In this document: positions 47,642-57,358 of the stretch, piece by piece | Layout: every line of letters begins with the position of its first letter | Position numbering within the stretch: position 1 is the first letter of the stretch | Assembly (NCBI GenBank): GCA_965213625.1 | Contig: CBDBZU010000004.1 | Coordinates: 2,976,001 to 3,040,000 of the forward strand | Direction: 5' to 3' | DNA: 64,000 nt | From: a bacterium | GTDB lineage: Bacteria; UBA8248 | The notes under the pieces: model-generated | Told to the model about the DNA's origin: nothing | The model's input: the letters and a program-made list of their open reading frames with translations, nothing else | The model's database searches: none | Translations under genes and position numbers: made by a program

Positions 47642-48508
47642 TCAGGACGCGCCTAACGCCTTCAGAATAGTTCTGCGGATCAGGACGGGCGCAACCTGAC
47701 GTCTGTAGTCGGCGCTCGCGCGGATGTCGGTCAAGGGATCGAGGTCATCGAGCGCGCCTGCGAGTACGGCGTCGATATTCTCCTGGTTGAGCTCCTTGCC
47801 CTGGAGGCCTTCTTCCACCGCCGTGAGGCGCCTGAACACGGCTTCCACGCCGCCCAGGCCGATTCTCACCTCTTTGGCCGTGTTGCCGTCTTCTTCGGTG
47901 AGAACAGCCGTGGAAATGGAGACGCACGGCTTATCCTCTTTGGAACGCGTTGTGAAGCGCGTGCACGCCGTCCGGAAACCATCGAGCAGCGGGTCGACCT
48001 CAATCGAGCACAGCAACTCATCCTCATCCAGTGCGCACTCGTAATATCCCGTCCAGAACTCCGTCGCCGGAATCACGCGTTCCGTTCCGTTCGCCTTCCT
48101 GGTGTTCATGCGGGCCTCAAGAGCCAGGAAAGCGCCCGGCGGGTCCGAGGCCGGTTCCGCAAAACACAGGTTGCCGCCTATCGTACCCTGGTTACGGATG
48201 CGTATGGTCGCCACGTTGTGAAAAATTTCCCCGAGAAGCGGGAAGCGCTCCTGGACCAGAGGAGAAGTCTCTATTTTGCGGTGCACCGTCTTCGCCCCGA
48301 TGCGGACCCCGCCGTTTTCGGTCTCCTCGATGAAATCCAGATCGCCCGCGCCCGCAATGTCGATTAACACGTCTGGTTCGTACACACCCGATTTCATGAG
48401 AATCGAGAGGGCGACGCCGCCGGCGAACACTTTCCCGTCCTCGCCATGCTCCTTCATGGCGGCGAGCGTTTCCTCCGCGCTGTTCGCGGGTAAATGCCGA
48501 AAAGCCAT
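47642..48508 (-). CDS. Molybdenum hydroxylase FAD-binding subunit
   Basis: FAGG, IRNQGTIGGN, TDIRASADYR. Confidence 0.92.
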   Translation of the reverse strand: MAFRHLPANSAEETLAAMKEHGEDGKVFAGGVALSILMKSGVYEPDVLIDIAGAGDLDFIEETENGGVRIGAKTVHRKIETSPLVQERFPLLGEIFHNVATIRIRNQGTIGGNLCFAEPASDPPGAFLALEARMNTRKANGTERVIPATEFWTGYYECALDEDELLCSIEVDPLLDGFRTACTRFTTRSKEDKPCVSISTAVLTEEDGNTAKEVRIGLGGVEAVFRRLTAVEEGLQGKELNQENIDAVLAGALDDLDPLTDIRASADYRRQVAPVLIRRTILKALGAS

Positions 48509-48527
48509 TTTTTCTCCCCTCTCCTCG

Positions 48528-50813
48528 TTAGTCGCCGTTTTTCTCGTTCAACGCGGCCAGCACCTTCTCCGGCGTAATCGGCAGCGACGTGATACGCACG
48601 CCCACGGCGTTATAAATTGCGTTGCCAATCGCAGCCGAGGTCCCCAACTGCGCCATCTCGCCCAATCCTTTCGCTCCATAGGGCCCCGTGGGGTTTTCCG
48701 TCTCGATGAGAACGGATTCGAGTTCGGGCAAATCCTGGGTGGTGGGCAACTTGTAATCGAGCCAGTTCGCGTTCACCGGTTGGCCGTCTTCGACCTCGAA
48801 ATCTTCCATCATGGCGTAGCCCACGCCCATGAGCGCACCGCCGTCCAATTGTCCCTGCGCGCCAGCCGGGTTCACTATGGTTCCGCAGTCGTTCGTGCTG
48901 ATCACGCGCAACACTTCGAACGCGCCGGTCTCTGTGTCGACTTCCACCTCCGCCACCTTAGCGCCGTAGGCGTAGGCGGCTGACCAGTTCCCATAACCCG
49001 TCACGGGGTCCGGCGTCTCGCTAGGCGAGTCATAAGAAGATGCCGTGTAGACGGCCTCGCTGCCCTCTTTTTCGTATAATTTCATATAGGCTTCGCTGTG
49101 AGTCACCTGCCTCTCGGGAGAACTGGTGACGAATATTTTGCCTTCGCGCGCGTCTAGGTCGTTCGGGTCGCACTCGAGCAGTTCCGCCGCTCCCTTGAAG
49201 AGCATGTTCTTCGCCTGAACAGACGCCAGGCGCGTAGCTTCGCCGTCGATGGTGGTCGTGCGGCTTCCGCGAACGCCCCACCCGTAGGGGTTCACCGCTG
49301 TATCGCCGTTGATGATCCGCACGTCCTCCACGCGTATGCCTATCGCATCGGCGCAAATCTGCGCGAGCGTGGTGTCCGAGCCGTTACCCATTTCGATCGT
49401 GCCCGAGAGCAACTGCACCGTGCCGTCCTTGTTCATCTTGATGAACGCGCCCGCCGTCTCCGGCCCCATCGCGCGCGCGCCTGTGAAGTGGACCGCCGCG
49501 GCCAACCCGAAGCCGCGCTTTTTGCCGTTGCTGCTCGGCTGCTCCTCCCGCCAGGGCACGCGTTTGACCGCCTCCTGCACGCATTCGGAAACACCGCAAC
49601 TCGTAATTTTCGCGCCGATGATTGTAGTGTCGCCCTTTCTCACGAAGTTCCTGATGCGAAACTCCGCCGGGTCCATTCCGATTTCCTCGGCGTGCTTCTC
49701 CATCGCAAGTTCCGAGCCGAATGAATAGCCGCCGTTGCCTATTCCGCGCATCGCGCCGCCGGGCGGTACGTTCGTACAGACGACGTCGGCGTGGTGGCGA
49801 TAGGCCTTGTAGTTGTAGATGCTCCCGCCCATGTGCGCCGTGATGCCGCCGACCGCCGGGCTGTAATCCGAATAACCACCGTTTTCCACCACCATCTTGG
49901 TGTCGCGCGCGAGCAGCATACCGTTTTTGTCGGTGGCAATGCGCCAGACGTGGAACTGCTTCGTCCGGTGCGTGCCGAGGAGAAACTCCTCTTCTCGCGT
50001 GTAGTAGAATTTTACGGGGAGGTCCAGTTTTTTCGCCGCGATGATGGAGAGGAAATCGATGTTGAACTTGCTCGTCGCCTTTCCGCCGAAACCCCCGCCC
50101 ACGTAATTCGTGACAACACGAATCTGGGCTTCGGGAATCTTGAGCAGTTTGGCGAAATACTGGCTCGAAAGACTCGGGCATTGCGAGGAGTTGTAGACGG
50201 TTACGTCGCCCTTCTGCGACCACTCGGCGATAGAGACGTGCGCCTCCAGGGAGCCGTGCATCTGGCGCGAGGACGAGGTGGCCAGTTCACTCACGTGATG
50301 GGCTTCGTCGAACATGCGGTCCACGTCGCCGAATTCCATGTGCTTGGTGAAGGCGATGTTGTCCGGGTACCTGTCGTGGATGACGGGGGCGCCCTCTTGC
50401 ATCGCCTCGTGCGGGTCGAAGACGGCCGGAAGCTCCTCGTAGTCCACGTCTATCAAATCAAGCGCTTCTACCGCGATATCTTCAGATGTCGCGATGACGG
50501 CGGCCACCGAATCGCCCACGTGACGCACCTTGTCAGAGGCGAGGGGACGCTGATCGTAGCAAACGGGCACGACGCCCCATTCCACTTCCTCGGGGATGTC
50601 CCCGGACGTCAATATGAGCTTGACGCCGGGGAGCTTCTCGGCGCGGCTGGTGTCGATGTTCTTGATTCGCGCGTGCGGCAGGGGACTTCCCAGCAGCCTT
50701 CCGTGAAGCATTTTGGGCAACTGAAGGTCGAGGGTAAACATGGCCCGGCCCGTCACCTTTTCCGGCCCATCGACGCGAGGCACGCTTTTTCCGACGTATG
50801 AGAGTTCAGCCAT
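48528..50813 (-). CDS. Xanthine-dehydrogenase-family molybdopterin-binding subunit
   Basis: RVDGPEKVTG, VGGGFGGK, GAMRGIG, GSRTT, GQLDGG, GAKGLGE. Confidence 0.93.
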   Translation of the reverse strand: MAELSYVGKSVPRVDGPEKVTGRAMFTLDLQLPKMLHGRLLGSPLPHARIKNIDTSRAEKLPGVKLILTSGDIPEEVEWGVVPVCYDQRPLASDKVRHVGDSVAAVIATSEDIAVEALDLIDVDYEELPAVFDPHEAMQEGAPVIHDRYPDNIAFTKHMEFGDVDRMFDEAHHVSELATSSSRQMHGSLEAHVSIAEWSQKGDVTVYNSSQCPSLSSQYFAKLLKIPEAQIRVVTNYVGGGFGGKATSKFNIDFLSIIAAKKLDLPVKFYYTREEEFLLGTHRTKQFHVWRIATDKNGMLLARDTKMVVENGGYSDYSPAVGGITAHMGGSIYNYKAYRHHADVVCTNVPPGGAMRGIGNGGYSFGSELAMEKHAEEIGMDPAEFRIRNFVRKGDTTIIGAKITSCGVSECVQEAVKRVPWREEQPSSNGKKRGFGLAAAVHFTGARAMGPETAGAFIKMNKDGTVQLLSGTIEMGNGSDTTLAQICADAIGIRVEDVRIINGDTAVNPYGWGVRGSRTTTIDGEATRLASVQAKNMLFKGAAELLECDPNDLDAREGKIFVTSSPERQVTHSEAYMKLYEKEGSEAVYTASSYDSPSETPDPVTGYGNWSAAYAYGAKVAEVEVDTETGAFEVLRVISTNDCGTIVNPAGAQGQLDGGALMGVGYAMMEDFEVEDGQPVNANWLDYKLPTTQDLPELESVLIETENPTGPYGAKGLGEMAQLGTSAAIGNAIYNAVGVRITSLPITPEKVLAALNEKNGD

Positions 50814-51159
50814 CACAACCTCCACTCGTTCGCGGCATAAAAGCGCATACCGCAGGGCGATTTATATTCTTAATCCTTAACATGAAAATTGGATAGGTAT
50901 ACTGCTTCGAGCACATCGCAATCCCTTCGGGACCCGATAGAATGCGATGGTGTTTCGCTTGCATTCGATGAAGCTATCATAACAACTCAATGAGCAAAAT
51001 AAAACCCCAAAAATCGGCGTATGAGAACCCCTTTCGGCATTTCAGGAAATGGCAGCCTTCCACTTTCTCCTCTACGTTTTGTGGTGTATCATCCGCCGTT
51101 ACGAGAAGCTCAAGACGGACATTCCGTTCATCACAAAACACCAGAACTGGAGTAGCGCA

Positions 51160-51906
51160 ATGCCCATTCGTTTTGATTTTCAGGGCCGCAAGGTCATCCT
51201 CACGGGCGCGGCGGGCGCGATGGGAAGCCGTATTCTGCAAGGATACATCGAGGCCGGCGCCAGGGTTTTCGCCACCGACAGGGAAGGCGAGGCCTTTGAC
51301 GCGATCGATGGCCCATCCGATCAACTCTTCAAGCTGCCCTGCGATCTGGCCGACGTGGACGCAATCCGCACCACCATGCGCTCTGCGCTCGAATGGCTGG
51401 GCGGCTGCGACGTGCTGGCGAACGTGGCCGGCTACATGCCGATTCGCCCGCCTCTCGAACTCGAAGAAGAAGACTGGAACGTCGTACTGAACGTGAACCT
51501 GCTGGCTCCCTACTTCTGCATCCAGGAAACCATCGAGGCGCTCAAGGCCTCGGGCACGGGGCGCATCATCAGCTTCGCGTCCATCGCGGGTAAAATGGGG
51601 GGTATCGGCCCCAACCTCACCTATTCCGCCGCCAAGGCGGGCCTGCTCGCCATGACGTTCAACCTGGCGCGTGAACTCGCCAAGACGGGCGTGACGATCA
51701 ACACCATACAGCCGGGACCCGCCGATACGGGCCTTCACTTCCAGTCCCCGCCAGATATGCTCGTGAACGCCGCAAACGCCCATCCCATGGGCAGGCTCAC
51801 GACTCCTGAGGACGTGTGGCACACCGTCTTGTTCCTCTCGAGCGAGGAGGCTGCCCACATCAACGGCGAGGCGGTGGACGTGAACGGCGGCTTCTGGACG
51901 GATTAG
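51160..51906 (+). CDS. SDR family oxidoreductase
   Basis: TGAAGAMG, NVAG, YSAAK, VNGG; GGAG upstream of ATG 51160. Confidence 0.92.
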   Translation: MPIRFDFQGRKVILTGAAGAMGSRILQGYIEAGARVFATDREGEAFDAIDGPSDQLFKLPCDLADVDAIRTTMRSALEWLGGCDVLANVAGYMPIRPPLELEEEDWNVVLNVNLLAPYFCIQETIEALKASGTGRIISFASIAGKMGGIGPNLTYSAAKAGLLAMTFNLARELAKTGVTINTIQPGPADTGLHFQSPPDMLVNAANAHPMGRLTTPEDVWHTVLFLSSEEAAHINGEAVDVNGGFWTD

Positions 51907-51922
51907 CCCGAAGGAGAACACC

Positions 51923-52759
51923 ATGTCGAGCGACAACCCGAAAGGCTATGCGAACCCCGACCTGCTCTGGTCGGTCGAACAACTCAATGTGCGCATGGAC
52001 GACCCTGGCTTAAGAATCATCGACACGCGCCCCGGCGAGCGCTACACAATGGGCCACATTCCCGGCGCGCGGCATTTCGACGTCTACGGCGTGAACAGCG
52101 ATGACTCCGACGAGGCGCCGCTCAGGAATTTTTTCTCCATGTGGGCGTTCTTGCTGGGAAACCGGGGGGTATCCTTCGAGAACACCATCATCTTCTACGA
52201 CGATTTCGTCGGCAACACGAGCGTGCGCGGCTTCTGGATGCTGGAGCTTTTCGGCCACAAGGACGTCCACGTGCTGGACGGCGGCTACGGCGCATGGGAG
52301 CGGGCGGGCTATGAGACGACGCGCGACGCCGAGGTGCCCAAAGCCGCTTCTTTCCAGATGGCGTTCGAGCCGCACCGCCTCGCCACGCGCGAGGACGTAC
52401 TGACGGCCATCGAGGATGACAACCACATGCTCCTCGACACGCGCTCGATTGAGGAGTGGGAGGGACGGGGCAAGAGGGCCAAACGGGACGGAATCATCCC
52501 CGGAGCGGTCTGGCAGGAATGGCTCCAGCACCTGACGCCCGAGGGCGAGATGAAGCCCGCGGATGAGCTTCGCGCGCAGTTCGAGGCCATCGGAATCACT
52601 CCCGAGAAAGAAGTGACCGCCTACTGACAGACGGGCTACCGTGCGGCGCACGGTTATTTCGCTCTCCGTCTTCTGGATTATCCAAAGGTGAGAAACTACA
52701 TGAGCTCCTGGAAAGAATGGGGGAACCGGGAGGATACGCCCATCGTGCAGGCGCAATAG
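51923..52759 (+). CDS. Tandem-rhodanese sulfurtransferase (SseA/CysA-like), probable selenoprotein
   Basis: GHIPGA, LDGG, DTRS, IPGA; EVTAY-TGA(52625-52627)-QTGYRAAH...[10 protein letters not shown] to TAG 52759. Confidence 0.9.
52638..52654 (+). promoter_or_regulatory. Putative bacterial SECIS element
   Basis: ACCGTGC-GGC-GCACGGT perfect 7-bp hairpin after a 10-nt spacer from the in-frame TGA. Confidence 0.75.
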
Positions 52760-52898
52760 CGCAGACGCAGCGGTAAATTGAAGGCGCTTGCCTCTATCAT
52801 TCTAATAGTCGATACAGGTTCACGAAATAAACTATCACGGCCACGACATCTTCTGGATGGGGCCATTATCTATCATCATGGACTCTTGGAGGTTTACC

Positions 52899-53914
52899 AT
52901 GAAGAGTAATTTCGTTCGTAATATCCTTGCCGTTGCGCTCGTTTATGCGCTCTCGCCGGCGGGACTCGCCTCGGCTGCGCCCACGCTCAAGCTCGGCGCT
53001 GCCAGCAACACCGGCGGCATGATTGTCTTTGTCGGTGTCGACAAGGGTTTCTTTGCCAAAAACGGGCTGGACGGGAAAGTCGTCGTACGCAACACGGGCG
53101 CCCAGCTCACCAAATCGCTCAAGGCCGGGCAGATCGACTTCGCTCCCGCCGCTTTCACCAACCTGCCGGCGGCTCTGGAGCGCGGCATCAAGGTGCGCGG
53201 CGTAGTAGGCTATGTTGGCGGCTCGTACACGAAATCCACCACGGATGAGATGGTGGGCATCGCCGTGCGCCCCGGAACGGGCGTAAAGAGCATCAAGGAC
53301 TTGAAAGGCAAGAAAATCGGGGCCACCTTCGGCTCCACCGGCGACCTCTACCTCCGCACCCTGCTGGAGAGAAACGGCATCGGCGTGGGCGGCGTGCGCC
53401 GCATCAACGTGCGTCCGCCGAGTCTCGTCTCGCTGTTCGATTCGGGGGCGTGGACGCCATGGTCGCGTGGGAGCCCTACCTCACACGCATGACCGACAAG
53501 GTGAAAGGCTCCTCCATCGTGTCGCGCGGCGGCGACTACGTGTGCTTCTGCGCGGGTATGCACGGCGTGCCGGATCGCGTCTACAAAGACAAAAAGGCGA
53601 CCCAGGCGTTCGTGAACGGCATGTCCGAGGCGGCCGCTTATGTGCGCGACCCCAAGAACATAGACGAGATCTCGAAAATCGGCGCGCGCTACGTCCGCGG
53701 CATGGACGCCGCCCTCATCAAGCGCACCATCAAGTGGTGGACGTATGACACGCGTCTGGGCGAGAACACGCTCAAGGCCTTCAACTTCTCGGTGAAGCAG
53801 CTTATCGCCCAGAAGAAGATGAAGCGCCCCTACGACCCCAAGAAATACTTCGACTTCCAGTTCATCAACCGGACCATGAAGGAACATCCCGAGTGGTTCA
53901 AGGATCTCAAATAG
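52899..53914 (+). pseudogene. NitT/TauT ABC substrate-binding protein split by a 1-nt frameshift (possibly assembly error)
   Basis: Signal peptide from ATG 52899; adding one G to the G5 run 53444-53448 gives ...DSGGVDAMVAWEPY. Confidence 0.8.
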
Positions 53915-53929
53915 TCGAATACGCCTGAC

Positions 53930-53963
53930 ATCCGCGCTCCGCGCCATCCGCCGGGGCGCGGAT
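53930..53963 (+). terminator. GC hairpin after the substrate-binding gene
   Basis: ATCCGCGCTCC / GGGGCGCGGAT stem. Confidence 0.5.
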
Positions 53964-53989
53964 TGCGCTTTGAAAGGAAACGGTGAGAA

Positions 53990-54778
53990 ATGCCGGCGAA
54001 ACTGGTCGTAGACAGACTATCGCACCACTATCCGGACGAATACACGGGAGAGGACGTTCACGCGCTCGATCAGGTGAGCCTATCGGTGGAGGACGGCGAG
54101 TTTTCCGCCGTCGTCGGACCGAGCGGCTGCGGCAAGACCACACTGCTCAACATTCTCGCGGGGCTACTTCCCCACACCGAGGGCAGCGTAAAGGTGGACG
54201 ACAAGGAGGTGCAGGGACCGGGACCGGACCGGGGAGTCGTGTTTCAGGAACACGCCATTCTCCCCTGGCGCACCGTGGCAAGAAACATCGGCCACGGCCT
54301 GGAGATTCAGGGCATCGCCAGGAGCGAGCGGGAGCAAAGGGTGCAGGAGTTCGTGGACCTGGTCGGCCTGTCGGGCTTTGAGGATCGCTATCCGCACGAA
54401 CTCTCGGGCGGCATGAAGCAACGCTGCGCCCTCGCGCGGACGCTGTGCGCGAACCCGGTGGTGATGCTCATGGACGAGCCCTTCGCCGCCGTGGACGCAC
54501 AGACGAGAATCACCTTGCAGGAAGAGCTGAATCGCATCGCCATCGCGACGAAGAAGACCATTCTCTTCATCACGCACAACGTGGATGAGGCCGCGTTCCT
54601 GGGCGATCGGTGCTTCATCTTCTCGCGCCGCCCTGGGAAGCTCAAGGCCACTGTCAAGATCAACGTTCCGCGCGAGAATCGCATCTGGAAGGACTTGCTC
54701 TCCGAGAAAACCTACACCGACCCGCGCGATGAAATTCTCCGCCTCGTGCGCGAGGAGGTGTTCGATGACGAGGAGTAG
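53990..54778 (+). CDS. ABC ATP-binding protein, NitT/TauT family
   Basis: GPSGCGKT, LSGGMKQR, MDEPF, FITHN. Confidence 0.95.
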   Translation: MPAKLVVDRLSHHYPDEYTGEDVHALDQVSLSVEDGEFSAVVGPSGCGKTTLLNILAGLLPHTEGSVKVDDKEVQGPGPDRGVVFQEHAILPWRTVARNIGHGLEIQGIARSEREQRVQEFVDLVGLSGFEDRYPHELSGGMKQRCALARTLCANPVVMLMDEPFAAVDAQTRITLQEELNRIAIATKKTILFITHNVDEAAFLGDRCFIFSRRPGKLKATVKINVPRENRIWKDLLSEKTYTDPRDEILRLVREEVFDDEE

Positions 54779-55589
54779 CGAGACGGCTCCAAGAGGAAAA
54801 GTACGATCGAGGCGCTGGAGGAGTTTCATCAAGGGAGGCGGCATCGAACTCGTGCTCCTCATCGCGGGGATTCTCGTCTTGTGGAGCGTTATTTCCGAGA
54901 ACATCCCCAACCCGAGCCGCTACCTCCCCTCTCCCCTTTCGGTCGTCCTGTCTTCTACCGACGTCATCTGGAAGGGTTTATTGCCAAACTACATCGGCCA
55001 GACGCTCTGGCGGCTCGTCATCGGCAGCGCCATCGGCCTGTTGCTCGGCATCCCGTTCGGCATCGCCCTGGGGCTGAACCGCACCGTTTCGGACATGTTC
55101 TATCCCATCATGAATTTCTTTCAGTCCATATCGGGTATCGCCATTCTTCCGATCATCGTCGTCTGGTGGGGCAACAGCGAGAAGACGGTGTTCGTCGTCA
55201 TTCTATATACCTGCTTTTTCCCGATAGCCTTCAACGTCCTGACGGGCGTTCGCAGCACCCCGATGATTCTGGTGAACGCCCTGAGAACACTCGGGGCTTC
55301 GCGCCTGAGAATCGTAAAGGACGTACTGATACCAAGCGCCATGCCCCACATCGCCACAGGCGCCCGGCTGGGGATCGGTTACGCATGGCGGGCCGTCATC
55401 GCGGGCGAAATGCTCGCCGGCAGGCGCGGTCTGGGGTGGATGATCTTCACCTCGCAGGATGCGGACCTCACCGCCCAGGTCATCCTCGGCATGGTGATGA
55501 TCGGCGTCATCTGGATCATGATCGATCGCTTCGCCCTGCGTCCCATCGAGGCGGACACCATTCAAAGGTGGGGGCTCGTTCAACGATGA
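54765..55589 (+). CDS. ABC permease, NitT/TauT family
   Basis: TM helices, RTLGAS, AWRAVIAGEM; GAGGAGG upstream of ATG 54765. Confidence 0.9.
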   Translation: MTRSSETAPRGKVRSRRWRSFIKGGGIELVLLIAGILVLWSVISENIPNPSRYLPSPLSVVLSSTDVIWKGLLPNYIGQTLWRLVIGSAIGLLLGIPFGIALGLNRTVSDMFYPIMNFFQSISGIAILPIIVVWWGNSEKTVFVVILYTCFFPIAFNVLTGVRSTPMILVNALRTLGASRLRIVKDVLIPSAMPHIATGARLGIGYAWRAVIAGEMLAGRRGLGWMIFTSQDADLTAQVILGMVMIGVIWIMIDRFALRPIEADTIQRWGLVQR

Positions 55590-56446
55590 GTGTACTCCAG
55601 ACGGCCGCCATCGGCATTCAAAAACGCTTCGGCCGCCAGCGGCTGCGGAGAATCATGCTGGGGAGCATCCCCTTCGTCGTGCTGCTGGCCTTCTGGCAGA
55701 TGAACACCTCGATGGAATGGCTCCCGCCTGTCTTCATCCCGCCCATCGGCACCATTTGGGAGGCGATTTACACGCTTTCAGATGGTTGTACAGGGGCGAG
55801 CGCGGTGCTCTCGATGCAGTACGAGTGCATGTTCACCAACCACATTCTCTCGAGCCTGGGCCGCGTGGGGCTGAGCCTCGTCATCGGCATTCCATCGGGA
55901 ATCGCCCTCGGCGTGCTGGCGGGCATGAGCCGCCGCTTCGCCCATGCGCTCGAGCCCATCGGCGTGTTCGCGAACGCCATATCGGGCATCGCATGGGTGC
56001 CGCTCGCCATCGTGTGGTTCGGAACCGGCTGGCTGACGACGCTCTTCATCCTGTTGAACACCGTATTCTGGCTTATCTTCTTCAACACGCTTTTGGGCGT
56101 GCGGGGCGTGCCCCGGGTGTATGAGAACTCCGTCATGACGATGGGCGGCGGGCGGTGGGCCATCATCACCCAGGTTTATATTCCCGGCGCCCTTCCCAGT
56201 ATCGTCACCGGCGTGCGCATGAGCATGGGCTTCGGCTGGCGCGCGCTCATCGCCGCGGAGATGATAGGCGGCGACAGCGGCCTGGGCTTCATGATCTTCG
56301 TCTCCGCGGCAGAATACAAGATTGAAGAGGTGTTCCTTGGCGTGCTCGTCATCGCCATCATGTGGATGATCACCGACAGGCTGCTTCTCATCCCGCTCGA
56401 GAGATGGACCATTCAGAGGTGGGGCATGGTCTGGAGGCCGGACTAA
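55586..56446 (+). CDS. Second ABC permease, NitT/TauT family
   Basis: ATGA overlap; IAWVPL, GWRALIAAEMIG. Confidence 0.9.
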   Translation: MSVLQTAAIGIQKRFGRQRLRRIMLGSIPFVVLLAFWQMNTSMEWLPPVFIPPIGTIWEAIYTLSDGCTGASAVLSMQYECMFTNHILSSLGRVGLSLVIGIPSGIALGVLAGMSRRFAHALEPIGVFANAISGIAWVPLAIVWFGTGWLTTLFILLNTVFWLIFFNTLLGVRGVPRVYENSVMTMGGGRWAIITQVYIPGALPSIVTGVRMSMGFGWRALIAAEMIGGDSGLGFMIFVSAAEYKIEEVFLGVLVIAIMWMITDRLLLIPLERWTIQRWGMVWRPD

Positions 56447-56449
56447 AAG

Positions 56450-56815
56450 ATGGACGATTCCGCAACCACTCCCAAGAGCGACCAAAGCGAACGCCGCTGG
56501 ACGCAGCATCCCACCGTGCGCTTCCTGGCGGCCGCGGCGCTTCTGTTCGCCCTCTATTACGGATACGGCTACGCGACGGCCCCCTCGCGCCTCACGCCCG
56601 CGCTTAAGGCGCACCTTGCGACCGGCCCCGAAAGGCTCGCACTACTCGTCACGGCGAAATTCCCGCCCGAGGAGTTCCACATCCGCATCTACCAGAACCT
56701 AGGCAGCATGCGCGGCGTGAAAGGCTCCACGGCCGAGCTCGTCTCCGTCACGCCCTCAGGCCTGAGCACGCTTTCGCAGTATTACTGGATCGAGAAGATT
56801 GACTTGAAGAAATAA
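56450..56815 (+). CDS. Hypothetical single-TM membrane-anchored protein
   Basis: 3 nt after the permease stop; TM FLAAAALLFALYYGYGY, then FPPEEFH...YYWIEKID. Confidence 0.7.
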   Translation: MDDSATTPKSDQSERRWTQHPTVRFLAAAALLFALYYGYGYATAPSRLTPALKAHLATGPERLALLVTAKFPPEEFHIRIYQNLGSMRGVKGSTAELVSVTPSGLSTLSQYYWIEKIDLKK

Positions 56816-56871
56816 CGGGAGAGCTAGGCGCGCTCCCCATACGCATCAAACTCTTGCACGTCTGAGTCGGT

Positions 56872-57297
56872 CTACACCTGCCTCGGGTGCAGTTCTTCGT
56901 ATTTTCCGTGGTCCGTGTCGATATCCGCCATGTGGCGGAAAATCTCTTCATACCCCGGCGGTGAAAATATCCACAGGAGTTTCAGAGGAACGTCGCCGGT
57001 GTTTCTTAAGCCGTGTGTTACCCCCACAGGCAGAAACGCAGTCATGCCCGCCTTGACTTGATAAACCTCGCCGTCAACTTCCACATCGGCCTCGCCTTCG
57101 TGGAAGAACAGGATTTCTTCTTCTTTTTCATGCAGATGAACGGGGATTCCGCCGCCGACGGGGATGTCCTGATTCCCCATGCTGAGTTTTCGGGAGTTCG
57201 TGTTCCGGGGGTCGATGAGGATACGCCATCCCCGGGGAAGTTCTATGTCCACCATCTCGATCTTTTCGCCGTCGTCCCAATCGAACACGTATGACAT
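56872..57297 (-). CDS. Cupin-domain protein
   Basis: PVHLHEKEEE...GVTHGLRN; ATG 57297 after GGAGGG. Confidence 0.88.
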   Translation of the reverse strand: MSYVFDWDDGEKIEMVDIELPRGWRILIDPRNTNSRKLSMGNQDIPVGGGIPVHLHEKEEEILFFHEGEADVEVDGEVYQVKAGMTAFLPVGVTHGLRNTGDVPLKLLWIFSPPGYEEIFRHMADIDTDHGKYEELHPRQV

Positions 57298-57358
57298 TTT
57301 GAAACCCTCCCCAGCCTTGCGCGCGCGAAGGCGTGGGCCGCGCCGACTGAGCGGCGCG

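Noticed and set aside
48528-50813. Aerobic CO dehydrogenase (coxL) assignment
   Set aside because: Active-site loop is GAMRGIG, not AYxCSFR (form I) or AYxGAGR (form II)
50908-50957. Hairpin CATCGCA/TGCGATG upstream of the Mo subunit as a Moco riboswitch
   Set aside because: Only a simple stem is visible; multi-stem Moco consensus not recognised
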